This document shows, one piece after another, positions 9,752 through 20,673 of a stretch of 64,000 nt of DNA. Positions within the stretch are counted from its first letter, which is position 1. Each line of letters begins with the position of its first letter. The notes below the pieces were generated by a model. It did not search any database. It was not told the origin of the DNA and worked only from the letters and a program-made list of their open reading frames with translations. Both the position numbers and the translations under genes were made by a program. Where the stretch lies: NCBI GenBank assembly GCA_036918135.1, contig JBALDB010000069.1, positions 64,133 through 128,132 on the forward strand. Reading direction: 5' to 3'. This DNA is from Nostoc sp. Its GTDB lineage: Bacteria > Cyanobacteriota > Cyanobacteriia > Cyanobacteriales > Nostocaceae.

Positions 9752-11074
9752 CTATCGATAAGCAACTTGTGGCCCTGCCCAAATTTCTGTAACCTGTTTA
9801 CCAAAAGTTATGGGCCGATCGTCGTCTGTTGTAGTGACGGTCTTGCCATCATTAGCAACTTTCACCAAAGGCCAGTTTTCCTCGCCTAGTTCGCCTGCAC
9901 GAAACAACACATGATCGGGTTGGCTTTTACTCCAACCTAACAAGACCGCAATCTTCTGATCCTGATTTTCTTGATTAGCAGGAGCAACAATGTTAGCGTG
10001 ATTGTTTTGCCGATCCCAAATCACTGCGCTATCTGTGGAATCACCTGTGTTAAATATGCCTTCAAACTTGCGTGCCAAAAAGCGATCGCCTTTTTCCGAC
10101 CAACTAACAGGAACTAACACCCCAATCTGACCGTTTGTGTCTGTTTCTTCTACTGACACCGCCTTAACAGCTTTGGTTTTTAATAGGGGATCGCTAACAG
10201 GAGTAGTTGAAGCCATCACCCATAACTTCTTAGTTTGCATATCTTGGACAAACAGAACGCTGGTGACGCGGCTGTTGTACATTTCTGGTTTAACCTCTAG
10301 TTGCACCCGACTATAAACAGCATACCTACCATCAGGAGAAATCACCGGTACGCTGCGGTAGTGGCGCACTCCAGAACCACCTTTAGAACCAATAGCCTCT
10401 TGAGTAGCTGTAATCCATTTCCAAGGAATCGGATGAGGACTGCCGAGGGGATCTGTTTGTTCTGCTTGGGATTCATCAACTGGTTCACTAACTGGTATTT
10501 CCGTCGTCGTTGCAGTTGGTTGTGATTCTTTAAGAGTTGGTGCTACTTGAACTGCTACTAATGATTTAGTAAAAGGTTTCTCTGTAGAGAAAGAATTTTT
10601 TTCTTCTCTCAAAGATTTTACCTTAGCTGCTTTTAGTTTTTGTATTAATTTAAGTTGACTCACAGGAACATCTGTTGATGGCGCGAGTTCAACTGCTGCC
10701 AAGGAATCGGGAACCTTTGAATCGCTGCTTGAGAGAGAATTATCTACTTGAGCTAAAGAATCAATTTTATCTTCAGGTAATACTTGCGGTTCCTGAATAG
10801 CACTGCTTTGTGTTGATACATCAAATTCTTCTGTTGATGAATCGACTCGATCTACTTTTAATGTGTCAGCTATCTCAGGTTTTTCAACTAAGGCTATTTC
10901 TTTTGATACAGGTTCAGATTCTTCAGTAACTGAACTTTGTTTAACTACTTCGGATTTTACTGGAGCCGAGTTACCAGATGCCCCGAATAAGGGTGCGAGC
11001 AATATTACAACAACAACATAATTCAGAAATGGTTGTGCGCGGAACCATCCTGACAGCAAAAGGGGTTTAAGCAT
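9752..11074 (-). CDS. Hypothetical exported/membrane-anchored protein: low-complexity linker and beta-rich C-terminal domain
   Basis: N-terminal hydrophobic stretch, S/E/T-rich linker, ISPDGRY and SWSEKGD propeller-like motifs. Confidence 0.75.
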   Translation of the reverse strand: MLKPLLLSGWFRAQPFLNYVVVVILLAPLFGASGNSAPVKSEVVKQSSVTEESEPVSKEIALVEKPEIADTLKVDRVDSSTEEFDVSTQSSAIQEPQVLPEDKIDSLAQVDNSLSSSDSKVPDSLAAVELAPSTDVPVSQLKLIQKLKAAKVKSLREEKNSFSTEKPFTKSLVAVQVAPTLKESQPTATTTEIPVSEPVDESQAEQTDPLGSPHPIPWKWITATQEAIGSKGGSGVRHYRSVPVISPDGRYAVYSRVQLEVKPEMYNSRVTSVLFVQDMQTKKLWVMASTTPVSDPLLKTKAVKAVSVEETDTNGQIGVLVPVSWSEKGDRFLARKFEGIFNTGDSTDSAVIWDRQNNHANIVAPANQENQDQKIAVLLGWSKSQPDHVLFRAGELGEENWPLVKVANDGKTVTTTDDDRPITFGKQVTEIWAGPQVAYR

Positions 11075-11962
11075 TTGTAGACTCTCTAGAGGGCGGTTGC
11101 TTATGTGAGGAGCAATACCTATGCAGCAATGGAGGAAGCGATAATTATATGTATAACAAGAAACTAAAAGTTTTTACTAAATAATTTCTTTATTTCTGGA
11201 GGATGATAAAAAATAAGCATTATTAATTACACCTTTTTTGTTTGAAGTACTGGATGTTTTTTTGACAAATATGTGCGAGTATAGTAACTATGCTGATAAC
11301 TCAGTAATTACTACACATATAATCCAATTCTGGTGTAGGCATGAACTACACCAAAAGCACGTTTATACTCAAGGGGTATTAAGCTGATAGTTCAGGCTAG
11401 TGAAAGTGCAGACTAAGACTAGTTTCAAACTGCACGTTGACAATCATGTTATGAATCGCTAACACGCAGTAAGCTAGTTCACACACTATAACAGTGGAAA
11501 CCCCGATAATAGTAAACGTGAGGCGTTACCTGAAAAGCTGGGAAAGCGGACACATAATACATAATACTCAGAAAATATTGTTGCCAGCAACCCTAAGTTA
11601 GAAATTGCAATCTAAATTACATAAACACTTATTACGCAATGCTCTTTTACAAAAAGCAACCGCGCTGAATGCTAATATTGAGAAAATCATCAAAAAAGCA
11701 GCAATATTTACTGGGTAGATGCTCTAGCGACTCAAAACCACAGACAGTCCGTTCGGGGTAACTAGAGAAAGATGCAGTTGATACTAACTTTTATACTTGC
11801 TAACTTATACAGTCAACTTAATCAAGCAGCCTATAGTTTCAGCAATACGAGAATATTGTACCACCAAACAACCAAACTATAAAATATCTATATTAAAAGT
11901 TGTCACTTACCAGGAGCGCATTTACGATTAACTAATTACTAACGACTAACAAGAAATTATTA

Positions 11963-12967
11963 ATGAAAATCGTATTTTTTGGTACTCCTGAGTTTGCTGT
12001 CCCGACTTTAGAAAAGTTATTAAATGATTCTAAATTTGAGGTGTTGGCAGTTGTTACCCAACCAGATAAACGCCGGGAACGTGGAAATAAACTTACTCCT
12101 TCACCCGTAAAAGCGATCGCTACTGCTCATAATTTGCCAGTATGGCAACCAGAACGGGTGAAAAAAGACACTCAAACTTTGAACCTACTCAAACAATCAG
12201 ACGCAGATGTGTTTGTTGTTGTCGCCTATGGACAGATTTTGTCCTCAAAAATCTTAAATATGCCCAAGTTGGGCTGCATTAATGTGCATGGCTCGATTTT
12301 ACCCAAATATCGAGGTGCAGCGCCGATTCAATGGTGTTTATATAACGGTGAAACCCAAACGGGGATTACGACCATGTTAATGGATGCAGGCATGGATACC
12401 GGTGCAATGCTACAAATAGCCACTACACCCATTGAATTGCTGGATAATGCTCAAGATGTAGCCCAAAGACTGGCTGCAATTGGTGGAGATTTGTTGGTAG
12501 AAACTTTAATGAAGTTGAAAAGTAAAGAAATTCAACTAATACCCCAAGATAATTCAGCAGCTACTTATGCACCTTTGATTCAAAAACAAGATTATGCTTT
12601 GGATTGGTCAAAAAGCGCTATCCAATTACACAATCAAATTAGAGGCTTTTACCCTAACTGCACAGCTACCTTTCGTGACAACCCGCTAAAAATCACTGCT
12701 TCTGTTCCTGTTAGTACAGTAGGCGATCGCCATCTCCCACCACAATTCCAAGAATTAATACATAAATTGCCTGATTTGTCAAATATATCAAACAGACCTG
12801 GAGAGGTATCGAGCATTGCTAAAGGAATTGGGGCGATTGTCCAAACTGGGGAAGGTTTGTTGCTGTTGCGAGAAGTTCAGCTAGCTGGTAAACGTCCCCA
12901 GTCTGGATGGGATTTTGTTAATGGTACGCGTTTAACTGTGGGGGAAGTATTTGGTGTCGGGAGTTGA
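11963..12967 (+). CDS. fmt: Methionyl-tRNA formyltransferase
   Basis: [39 protein letters not shown]. Confidence 0.97.
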   Translation: MKIVFFGTPEFAVPTLEKLLNDSKFEVLAVVTQPDKRRERGNKLTPSPVKAIATAHNLPVWQPERVKKDTQTLNLLKQSDADVFVVVAYGQILSSKILNMPKLGCINVHGSILPKYRGAAPIQWCLYNGETQTGITTMLMDAGMDTGAMLQIATTPIELLDNAQDVAQRLAAIGGDLLVETLMKLKSKEIQLIPQDNSAATYAPLIQKQDYALDWSKSAIQLHNQIRGFYPNCTATFRDNPLKITASVPVSTVGDRHLPPQFQELIHKLPDLSNISNRPGEVSSIAKGIGAIVQTGEGLLLLREVQLAGKRPQSGWDFVNGTRLTVGEVFGVGS

Positions 12968-13016
12968 GGGGGATCAGGAAGAATCACTTTTACTCCTAAC
13001 TCCTCATTCCTGACTT

Positions 13017-13382
13017 TTAACTTATAACTCCTAACTTTTCATAAAAGCGGCAAGATTCGCAAGGCCCATCTGGGTTGACTGCACAGCGAATGATTTCTGA
13101 ATGAGCGTTGTAGCAGCAGGTAGCATCACCGATTACCCAACGTCCTTCTACTAAACTTTTCTCAGATGGTCGTTTGGCAGACTGGACGTAAATAGCAATA
13201 TTATTTAAACGGTAGCGTCCGGCTTTAAGTTGATATCGATGACGGCGTTCTAAAACAGCGTAGGTTTTACCTTGAAAATCGAGATAGTTTCCCGGTTGGG
13301 GTGTCCAATCAAGTTGCACTCTACCGAGGGACTCACGCGGATGCGTGAGAATCACCTCGGTTTGTAAAGAGTCTGGCTCCAT
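13017..13382 (-). CDS. Cyanobacterial protein with Cys-rich C-terminus (DUF6464-like)
   Basis: IGDATCCYNA...RCAVNPDGPCESCRFYE. Confidence 0.75.
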   Translation of the reverse strand: MEPDSLQTEVILTHPRESLGRVQLDWTPQPGNYLDFQGKTYAVLERRHRYQLKAGRYRLNNIAIYVQSAKRPSEKSLVEGRWVIGDATCCYNAHSEIIRCAVNPDGPCESCRFYEKLGVIS

Positions 13383-13517
13383 AAGCTGATGTGATTTGAT
13401 TTACATTATAAGGATGTTATCGCAATAACTTTCTTTAGCTTACCGAATTTAGATTACAATTAATAATTCACTATATTTGCCAAAATTAGAGATGCACAAT
13501 TAATGCATCCCTACAAG

Positions 13518-15029
13518 TTATGGCAACCAGAATTCAGGCAGGATAGATTTACCTAAGTCACGCAGAGTTTGGTTGAGCGATCGCGCTACTTTTATATGAG
13601 CTTCATCCTCTTCTACAGGTAAAATCTCAGATGGTTGACCTGCTCCTAAATAAGACACCACTAAGTTCGCCGCCTCTAAGCCAGTAACATAAGCTTTTTC
13701 TTGAGACCAGGAACCATGACGGTTGACAATCCAATCTCCACTCATAAACACATTCTCAAAACTTGTCTTAGCGGGTAACATATAACGATAGCTACCAGGT
13801 GCAAAGTGAGTCACTGCCTGAGGTAGCCGAATTACACTGCTATCAATAATCTTTGCCTCCCGAAACGTTGGTACACAAGTTGCTAAATAACGCTGGACTA
13901 TTGGTAAAATCTCCTCATCACTTAAGTTAACAAACTGATTTGCGTGATAAAAATCAGCTTCAACCACTGTTCCTGGCTCGTAGCGATATTCATCATGTAG
14001 AGCATTCAAATCAAAAAATGTCCAACCGGTAGTTGCGTCGAATCCAAAGCAGGCATTAGAAGGACGAGGAATATTAACTTTGCGATCGAACCATAAGCGA
14101 GTTGCTAAAACATCAATCGCTCCTAAATTGCTCAAATTCCGGAATTCTTCACGACTTTGCAAACTCGGACTAGTTGAAACAATTTTCTTCATACCTGTAA
14201 TACCTACAGCAAAAATTACGGCATCGGCATCAAAAACTTCATCACCGCAAACCACACTCTTGGCTCGATAATTACTATCAACAACTAAGTCGGTTACCCG
14301 CCGCTTGGGTAATACTCGCGCCCCAGCTTTTTCAATACGTTCCACCCAAGGACGAAATATTTTTTCTCCTACAGTTCCCCGACACCAAACCACATCAAAA
14401 TCTGATTGATGAGCCAAAATAAAAAAGTAAAGCATCCCTAAAGTTGCTGCGGCTGAACATTGTTCGCCAGGGGCAAACAAGCCCACTAATAACATTGGTT
14501 CAAAAGCGTCCCGATAAAGTCGTGCAGAAACATTAAAATTTTTGAACAATTCACGAGCAGTGACAAAATCATAGCGCCGCCAAGCTGCATCAGAATTATC
14601 AAAATCAATAAGCGTATAAAGTAAAGGTAGGGCGCTCAGACGGTCAATTAGTGGCAATCGTTTAAACTGAGTGTAGAGAAAAGTTCCTAAAGGAGTAGGG
14701 AGTCTTGGTAAGTCTTGAAAAATTGGTGATTCAACTTCTAAACCCGCAGGCGAATATTGGGAAGAACGAGTCCAAGTAGTAAAAGGATTAATTTCTAATT
14801 CATTAATCAGGGAAAAAATATTTCTATAAGGGTACCAGAAGCCATGAATGCCAGCTTCTTGTGATTTTCCGGCTGCTGTTTGCCAACCTGCCACCAGTCC
14901 ACCAGGATAAGAACCTGCTTCTAAAAGTGTCACATCATAGCCTTGTTTTGCCAAATGGTAGGTTGCTCCCAAACCTGCCCAACCTGCACCTACGACCACC
15001 ACCCGTTTTTGTTGTGACCCTTTTACCAT
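13518..15029 (-). CDS. FAD-dependent oxidoreductase, amine oxidase/carotene desaturase-like
   Basis: VVVVGAGWAGL, LLEAGSYPGG, EAGIHGFW, SQEKAYVTG; ATG at 15029 preferred. Confidence 0.88.
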   Translation of the reverse strand: MVKGSQQKRVVVVGAGWAGLGATYHLAKQGYDVTLLEAGSYPGGLVAGWQTAAGKSQEAGIHGFWYPYRNIFSLINELEINPFTTWTRSSQYSPAGLEVESPIFQDLPRLPTPLGTFLYTQFKRLPLIDRLSALPLLYTLIDFDNSDAAWRRYDFVTARELFKNFNVSARLYRDAFEPMLLVGLFAPGEQCSAAATLGMLYFFILAHQSDFDVVWCRGTVGEKIFRPWVERIEKAGARVLPKRRVTDLVVDSNYRAKSVVCGDEVFDADAVIFAVGITGMKKIVSTSPSLQSREEFRNLSNLGAIDVLATRLWFDRKVNIPRPSNACFGFDATTGWTFFDLNALHDEYRYEPGTVVEADFYHANQFVNLSDEEILPIVQRYLATCVPTFREAKIIDSSVIRLPQAVTHFAPGSYRYMLPAKTSFENVFMSGDWIVNRHGSWSQEKAYVTGLEAANLVVSYLGAGQPSEILPVEEDEAHIKVARSLNQTLRDLGKSILPEFWLP

Positions 15030-15208
15030 CTTAGCCTCCGATTCTTCCAGTCTAACAACTAATGTATAGCGTAGATTCTCCGTAGGACTACAGAATCTAA
15101 AATCTAAAATTTTATTAGAGGAAGTGGTTGAGTACAATTCCTTGCGGTTAATGCTGGCTTAAGAGTATAACAGAAGACAGATTTAGTTATTTATGAGGAA
15201 TAATCCTA

Positions 15209-16111
15209 ATGACTCAATTAGCAAATGAAAAATTCAGCTTGGATGATTATGAATTACGAGATGGTATTTATTTTCCTAGTGATTACAAACAGTTGAACAG
15301 TACTCAACACAAAAAAACCTGGGATAAAATTGGTAAAACTTACTATGGTTCCCAGAAAATTGAAAAAGTTGCAGAGAAATCGCCCATCAAACAAGATTAC
15401 ACTCTGCTAACTGGTACACCTGGAGGTACTTGGAATAAATTTCCGTTGAACAAATCTGTGGATTCTATTCTGGAGATTGGTTGCGGTTATGGTCGCGCAC
15501 CTTTGCATCTCTCTAAAGCCAAAAATTTAAGATGTGAAAAATATTATGGTATTGATATTTCTGAACCTCTGTTGCGGCGGTTAATTAAGGTTAAACAAGA
15601 ATACGATTTTTTTCCAGAAGCTGAGTTTAACTTAATTTGCAATTCTGCTGAAATATTACCTTTAGCAGATAATTCTATAGATTTAGTAATTTCTAATTGT
15701 GTTTTTATGCATATACCAGATGCACAATTAAGAAACTTATTAGCTGAGATATCTCGCGTACTCAAACCAGGTGGAATTTTCGTTTTTAATCATTCATTTC
15801 ACAACAAGTCTTGTCCTTCTCATATTATCCATAATTTTGTAAGAAAGTTGAACCCATTTGTGAGAAATCCAGTTTATTTGAAACAATATTCATCTGCTGA
15901 AATAGAAGAAATGTTAGCAACTGCTGGAATAAAAACAAAATGTCCAGAGTATATTGTGGAACCAACAGCAGAATATGCTATTTTGCCAGAAACTATTAAA
16001 GGAATTCCAGTACCGTTTGCTAAAGCCATCAATAAAAGTCTCAAACCATCGGGTAGTTTAAAAGAAACTTTGGCTTATGGTTTTAGCGCTTACAGCACTC
16101 AATTGGATTAA
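15209..16111 (+). CDS. Class I SAM-dependent methyltransferase
   Basis: ILEIGCGYG, GIDIS, SIDLVIS, RVLKPGG. Confidence 0.9.
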   Translation: MTQLANEKFSLDDYELRDGIYFPSDYKQLNSTQHKKTWDKIGKTYYGSQKIEKVAEKSPIKQDYTLLTGTPGGTWNKFPLNKSVDSILEIGCGYGRAPLHLSKAKNLRCEKYYGIDISEPLLRRLIKVKQEYDFFPEAEFNLICNSAEILPLADNSIDLVISNCVFMHIPDAQLRNLLAEISRVLKPGGIFVFNHSFHNKSCPSHIIHNFVRKLNPFVRNPVYLKQYSSAEIEEMLATAGIKTKCPEYIVEPTAEYAILPETIKGIPVPFAKAINKSLKPSGSLKETLAYGFSAYSTQLD

Positions 16112-16348
16112 TCTAGAAACTATTAGGTTAGATAAAAGTTTGTAGTCAGTGACTCGATCCTCGACTTATTATCAAAAGTTGGGGATCAAACTTTTGATGA
16201 ATGATTTAGGACTGGGTCGCTAGCTTGGAAAGTTTTTCAAAAAGTGCGATCGCTAGCTGTGCGACAATCTCAACATTCAAAAATAGTTGCTGCAAAGTAT
16301 GAATTTGGTATGGGGCTAAGCCTTTGCCGTAAGCTTCGCCCCACTGAT

Positions 16349-16948
16349 TTACAACGTCGCCACAAGTTCTTTTAAGCGATGGCGTCCATCCCGGAAGACT
16401 GGCCAGCCATCCCCCACTAACACTGCTTCTACCCGACTGAGTTTAGCCAACCTCTGCACAGAAGCAACAGCCTGCTCTCGATTCAGCAGCTTGTCATCGG
16501 GTAAAATTGTCAAACTACCTGCTTTGCGTGCCCTTACTAAATCTCCTGTAATTAAAGTCGTTTCCTCCAGTAGTAGAGCCAGTTCACCGGGAGTTTTAGA
16601 ACCTTGGAGTTCAATTACCTTTAGTCCAGGTACAAATTCTTCACCATCAGACAGCCAGCGATCGCAATGTATGGGAAAAGTATCTTTTTCCGCCACAGGG
16701 CCGACTATTTTAGCATAAGTTTGATCGGCAATTTCTTTACTTGCCCTGATATGTTCAGAATTCGTCAACACTATCCAAACCACGCCACCGAGGGATTGCA
16801 GATGATTCCAATCATGGTTTGATAGGGCTACTGGGTCAATCAAGATGTTGCCATCTGGGCGAATCCAGGCAATCCCATTGAAATCAATATTTCTTGCCGG
16901 ATTGAAATTAGACCAGCTATAGAGATCGGGACGGTGCAAAGATTTCAT
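16349..16948 (-). CDS. Metallo-beta-lactamase-fold protein
   Basis: NILIDP, LTNSEH, GSKTPGE, LITGD, LVGDG; canonical HxHxDH is degenerate. Confidence 0.75.
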   Translation of the reverse strand: MKSLHRPDLYSWSNFNPARNIDFNGIAWIRPDGNILIDPVALSNHDWNHLQSLGGVVWIVLTNSEHIRASKEIADQTYAKIVGPVAEKDTFPIHCDRWLSDGEEFVPGLKVIELQGSKTPGELALLLEETTLITGDLVRARKAGSLTILPDDKLLNREQAVASVQRLAKLSRVEAVLVGDGWPVFRDGRHRLKELVATL

Positions 16949-17026
16949 GATGATTGTGGATTAGTACCTTCAATAATTGACTATTAATCTCAATAATTCA
17001 GTATATAGATAATGAGGTGACTGGAG

Positions 17027-17225
17027 ATTAGTTATTAGTTATTAGTCATTAGTGATTGGTCATTTGTCATTTGTACTAAGCCTTGGGAGAAGCGTAGCCG
17101 AAGGGTGAAGCCAAAGTATTGGTCATTGGACATGGTTATTCCCTTTGTTTCCCCTACTCCCCCTGCCCCTCTGCCCCTCTGCCCCTCTGATCCCCATCTC
17201 CAGCACTCTCCACCCCTTCCCCCTG
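17027..17225. repeat. STRR2-type heptamers interrupted by a small insert, followed by C-rich ctgcccct repeats
   Basis: ttagtta/ttagtca/ttggtca array; gtactaagc...cgaag...aagta insert; ctgcccct repeats. Confidence 0.65.
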
Positions 17226-17341
17226 AATCTGAAATTTGAGTATACTACGATAAATCTATCGATATTATGGGTTTATTCGGTTTTAAAAAAATTCCTGCAT
17301 AACTGCAATGGAGATTGACAAAGGTATGGGAGTAAGTTCAG

Positions 17342-17815
17342 ATGCAACGCCAAAAAATATCAGCTAAGGCAAACCAGTTTACAGAGTCGGTGATTCGAGA
17401 AATGACAAGAGTGGCACTGCAACATAGTGCAGTGAATTTGGCCCAGGGATTTCCTGATTTTCCTTGTCCTCAGGAGTTAAAACAGGCAGCCTACGAAGCA
17501 ATAGAAGCAGATGTTAACCAATATGCTATCACTTGGGGCGATCGCCCATTTCGGGAAGCGATCGCCAACAAAGTCCAGTGGTATCTCGGCTTAGATATCA
17601 ATCCTGAAACCCAAATCACCCTCACATGCGGTTCCACAGAAGCGATGGCAGCAGTGATGTTGGCCACAGTCGATCCTGGTTCCAGCTTTTTCAGCCAACC
17701 ACAAAAAGGATATTTATTAATTAGATTCTGCTTCAGTAAAAGACCTGAGACATTGCAAACAGCAAGTGACAGATTACTAAAATTACAAGCTACTCTACAA
17801 CTAAAGCAACTATAG
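17342..17815 (+). pseudogene. Class I/II PLP aminotransferase with a large in-frame internal deletion
   Basis: N-terminal NLAQGFPD...TCGSTEA...VDPG is joined directly to C-terminal SSFF...IRFCFSK; central NP, DxxY and SK(Lys) motifs are absent. Confidence 0.85.
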
Positions 17816-17942
17816 CAATACTATTTGAGTTGTCAAGAATTACTTTTTTAAACAACCGCGTTCAGGCAAAGCTGTTGCCACAGGCTAGGGTGGAAAATAC
17901 GCAAAGTTAATAAATAATTTTAAAAATTATCTAGAGTTGCTA
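17813..17942. mobile_element. 130-bp MITE-like element, TAGCAA...TTGCTA ends, TA duplication
   Basis: tatagcaa at 17811-17818 and ttgctata at 17937-17944. Confidence 0.65.
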
Positions 17943-17943
17943 T

Positions 17944-19308
17944 ATGACTAATTACGACAATATTTTAGAAGCAATTGGTAGAACTCCATTAGTCAAACTT
18001 AATAAAATTGCTGAAGATATTCACTCAACTATTTACGCCAAAGTAGAATATCTCAATCCTGGCGGCAGTACCAAAGATAGAATTGCCCTGACTATGATTG
18101 AAGCCGCAGAAAAAACAGGTCAACTCCAACCAGGCGGCACTATTATTGAAGCTACCGCAGGCAATACTGGTGTAGGACTAGCATTAATTGCAGCAGTGAA
18201 AAAATATCGCTGCATATTCGTCATGCCTGATAAAATGAGCCAAGATAAAATCAATTTACTCAAAGCTTATGGTGCAGAAGTAGTTGTTACTCCCACATCT
18301 GTACCGCCTGACTCACCAGAAAGTTATAACGGTGTAGCAGAAAGACTCGCTAAAGAAATACCCAAAGCTTACAGACCAAATCAATTTGAAAACCCGAATA
18401 ATCCTTTAGCGCATTACCTGACTACAGGCCCAGAAATTTGGTCAGATAGTCATGGTAAAGTAGATGTATTTGTTGCTGGTATGGGCACAGGCGGTACAAT
18501 TTCCGGAGTTGCCAAATATCTGAAAGAGCGAAATCAAAATATAGTAATTGTTGGTGCAGATCCCGAAGGTTCAATTCTTTCCGGTGACACACCCAAATCT
18601 TATAAAGTTGAAGGAATTGGAGAAGACTTTATTCCTAAAACTTTTAATCGCCAATTAGTAGATGAAATGGTTCGAGTTAGCGATAAAGAATCATTTAATA
18701 TGGCTCGTCGTTTAGCAAGAGAAGAAGGTTTATTGGTAGGAGGTTCATGCGGTACAGCAGTAGCCGCAGCCTTGAAATATGCAGCCAGATTAACACAACC
18801 AAAGTATATTGTAGTTCTATTACCAGATACGGGAAGAAATTACATTAATAAAATTTACTCCGATGCCTGGATGCAGGAAAATGGTTTTTGGGAAGGTACA
18901 ACAGTCAGAAGCACAAAAATTGGAGAAATTCTGGCTCAAAAAATAGATTTTCCTTCATTAGTTGCTGTCAGTCCTCGTGATACCTTGAGTAAAGCCACAA
19001 ATTACCTGCAAAAGTTAAATATCTCCCAGTTACCAGTGATTGATAACAATCATGTAGTAGGAAGTGTCAACGAAGCCTCTTTAATGAAATTCCTTCATGA
19101 TGGAATTAACTTTTTCAACCAGGAAGTTTCGGCAGTTATGGGTAAACCATTGCCAATTCTCGATGAAGACGTGGATATTTCCGAAGCTTATCGAGTGCTG
19201 TTATCAGGAACTACAGGAATTATTATTAAGCGGTGTGATGTTCCAGTTGGATTAATTACCAGAGCCGATTTAATTAGATATTGGATTAGTCAAACCCAGG
19301 AATCATAA
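17944..19308 (+). CDS. cbs: Cystathionine beta-synthase with C-terminal CBS domains
   Basis: NPGGSTKDR (PLP Lys), EATAGNTG, GMGTGGT, YKVEGIG, plus ~130-aa CBS pair. Confidence 0.9.
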   Translation: MTNYDNILEAIGRTPLVKLNKIAEDIHSTIYAKVEYLNPGGSTKDRIALTMIEAAEKTGQLQPGGTIIEATAGNTGVGLALIAAVKKYRCIFVMPDKMSQDKINLLKAYGAEVVVTPTSVPPDSPESYNGVAERLAKEIPKAYRPNQFENPNNPLAHYLTTGPEIWSDSHGKVDVFVAGMGTGGTISGVAKYLKERNQNIVIVGADPEGSILSGDTPKSYKVEGIGEDFIPKTFNRQLVDEMVRVSDKESFNMARRLAREEGLLVGGSCGTAVAAALKYAARLTQPKYIVVLLPDTGRNYINKIYSDAWMQENGFWEGTTVRSTKIGEILAQKIDFPSLVAVSPRDTLSKATNYLQKLNISQLPVIDNNHVVGSVNEASLMKFLHDGINFFNQEVSAVMGKPLPILDEDVDISEAYRVLLSGTTGIIIKRCDVPVGLITRADLIRYWISQTQES

Positions 19309-19472
19309 ATCATTAGTCGGAATCTGGAATTTAGTAGAGACAATTGGATGTAATTTCCGGCTACCTGCTAATTCTTTTGGATTAAATATGTATATTTCGT
19401 GAAACATTAAATTGAACCAGTCTTAGATAATTTTTTCTAAATGCTGAATTCTTTCTTGATAAAGGTAAAACA

Positions 19473-20609
19473 ATGGAATTTGAAACTAGAGCAATTCATG
19501 AAGGACAACAATCAGACCCTCAAACAGGTGCGGTAATTGTCCCCATTTATTTAACTTCCACCTACGAACAAGAAGCCATAGGTCAGCACAAAGGATATGA
19601 ATATTCACGCACGGGAAACCCTACCCGCACTGCTTTGGAAGAGGCTTTAGCTTCTCTAGAAAATGGGAAATTTGGTTTAGCATTTGCCTCTGGCTTGGCT
19701 GCAACTACCACAGTATTAAGTCTGCTCAAGAGTGGCGACCATATTGTTGCTGGCGATGACTTATATGGCGGTACTTATCGTTTACTAGAAAAGGTTGTAA
19801 AAAATTGGGGCGTGACAACTACCTATGTAGATATTGATAATATTGCTGATTTTGAAACTGCGATTACACCAAATACGAAGTTGATTTGGATTGAAACTCC
19901 TACCAATCCTTTGTTAAAAATTATTGATATTGCAACATTAGCAAGTATTACCCGTAAAAACAATGTCATCTTAGTAGTTGATAACACCTTTGCGAGTCCT
20001 TATTTTCAAAGACCGTTAGATTTAGGTGCTGATATTGTGGTTCACAGTACTACCAAATATCTTGGGGGACACAGCGATATTATTGGTGGCGCAGTTATCA
20101 CATCTAATGAGCAAGTATACACTGAACTGAAGTTTTATCAAAATGCGATCGGGGCAATTCCTAGTCCTTTTGATAGTTGGTTAGTACTGCGAGGTATTAA
20201 AACTCTAGCTGTAAGAATGCGAGAACATGAAAAAAACGCTTTATTTTTGGCTAAATTTTTAGAAAAACATCCTCAAGTTGAGCGAATTTATTATCCAGGA
20301 TTACCTAGTCACAAACAATATCAACTAGCAAAAGAGCAAATGTCTGGCTTTGGGGGGATGATTAGTTTGGAATTAAAAGGTGGTTTTGCTAAAGTTGAAA
20401 GATTTGCTTCTCGACTCAAGTTGTTTTTGCTGGCTGAAAGTTTAGGAGGAGTAGAATCACTGCTTTGTTATCCCACCAAAATGACTCACGGTTCCCTACC
20501 GGAAGCGGAACGGCACAAGCGGGGAATAAAGGATAATTTAGTCCGTCTTTCGGTAGGAATTGAGCATCAGCAAGATTTAAAAGCTGATTTAGAAAATGCT
20601 CTGACTTAA
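19473..20609 (+). CDS. Cystathionine gamma-lyase/gamma-synthase
   Basis: YSRTGNPT, ETPTNP, VDNTF, HSTTKYLGGHSD, AESLGGVES, RLSVGIE. Confidence 0.93.
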   Translation: MEFETRAIHEGQQSDPQTGAVIVPIYLTSTYEQEAIGQHKGYEYSRTGNPTRTALEEALASLENGKFGLAFASGLAATTTVLSLLKSGDHIVAGDDLYGGTYRLLEKVVKNWGVTTTYVDIDNIADFETAITPNTKLIWIETPTNPLLKIIDIATLASITRKNNVILVVDNTFASPYFQRPLDLGADIVVHSTTKYLGGHSDIIGGAVITSNEQVYTELKFYQNAIGAIPSPFDSWLVLRGIKTLAVRMREHEKNALFLAKFLEKHPQVERIYYPGLPSHKQYQLAKEQMSGFGGMISLELKGGFAKVERFASRLKLFLLAESLGGVESLLCYPTKMTHGSLPEAERHKRGIKDNLVRLSVGIEHQQDLKADLENALT

Positions 20610-20652
20610 AAATAGCAATTAGAGAGTAGTGGTAAGGTTTAGTATTGCTGAA

Positions 20653-20673
20653 CCCCTACAGCGTGTAGGGGTC
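20653..20673 (+). terminator. Putative terminator after the sulfur operon
   Basis: acccctaca-gcg-tgtaggggt hairpin. Confidence 0.55.
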
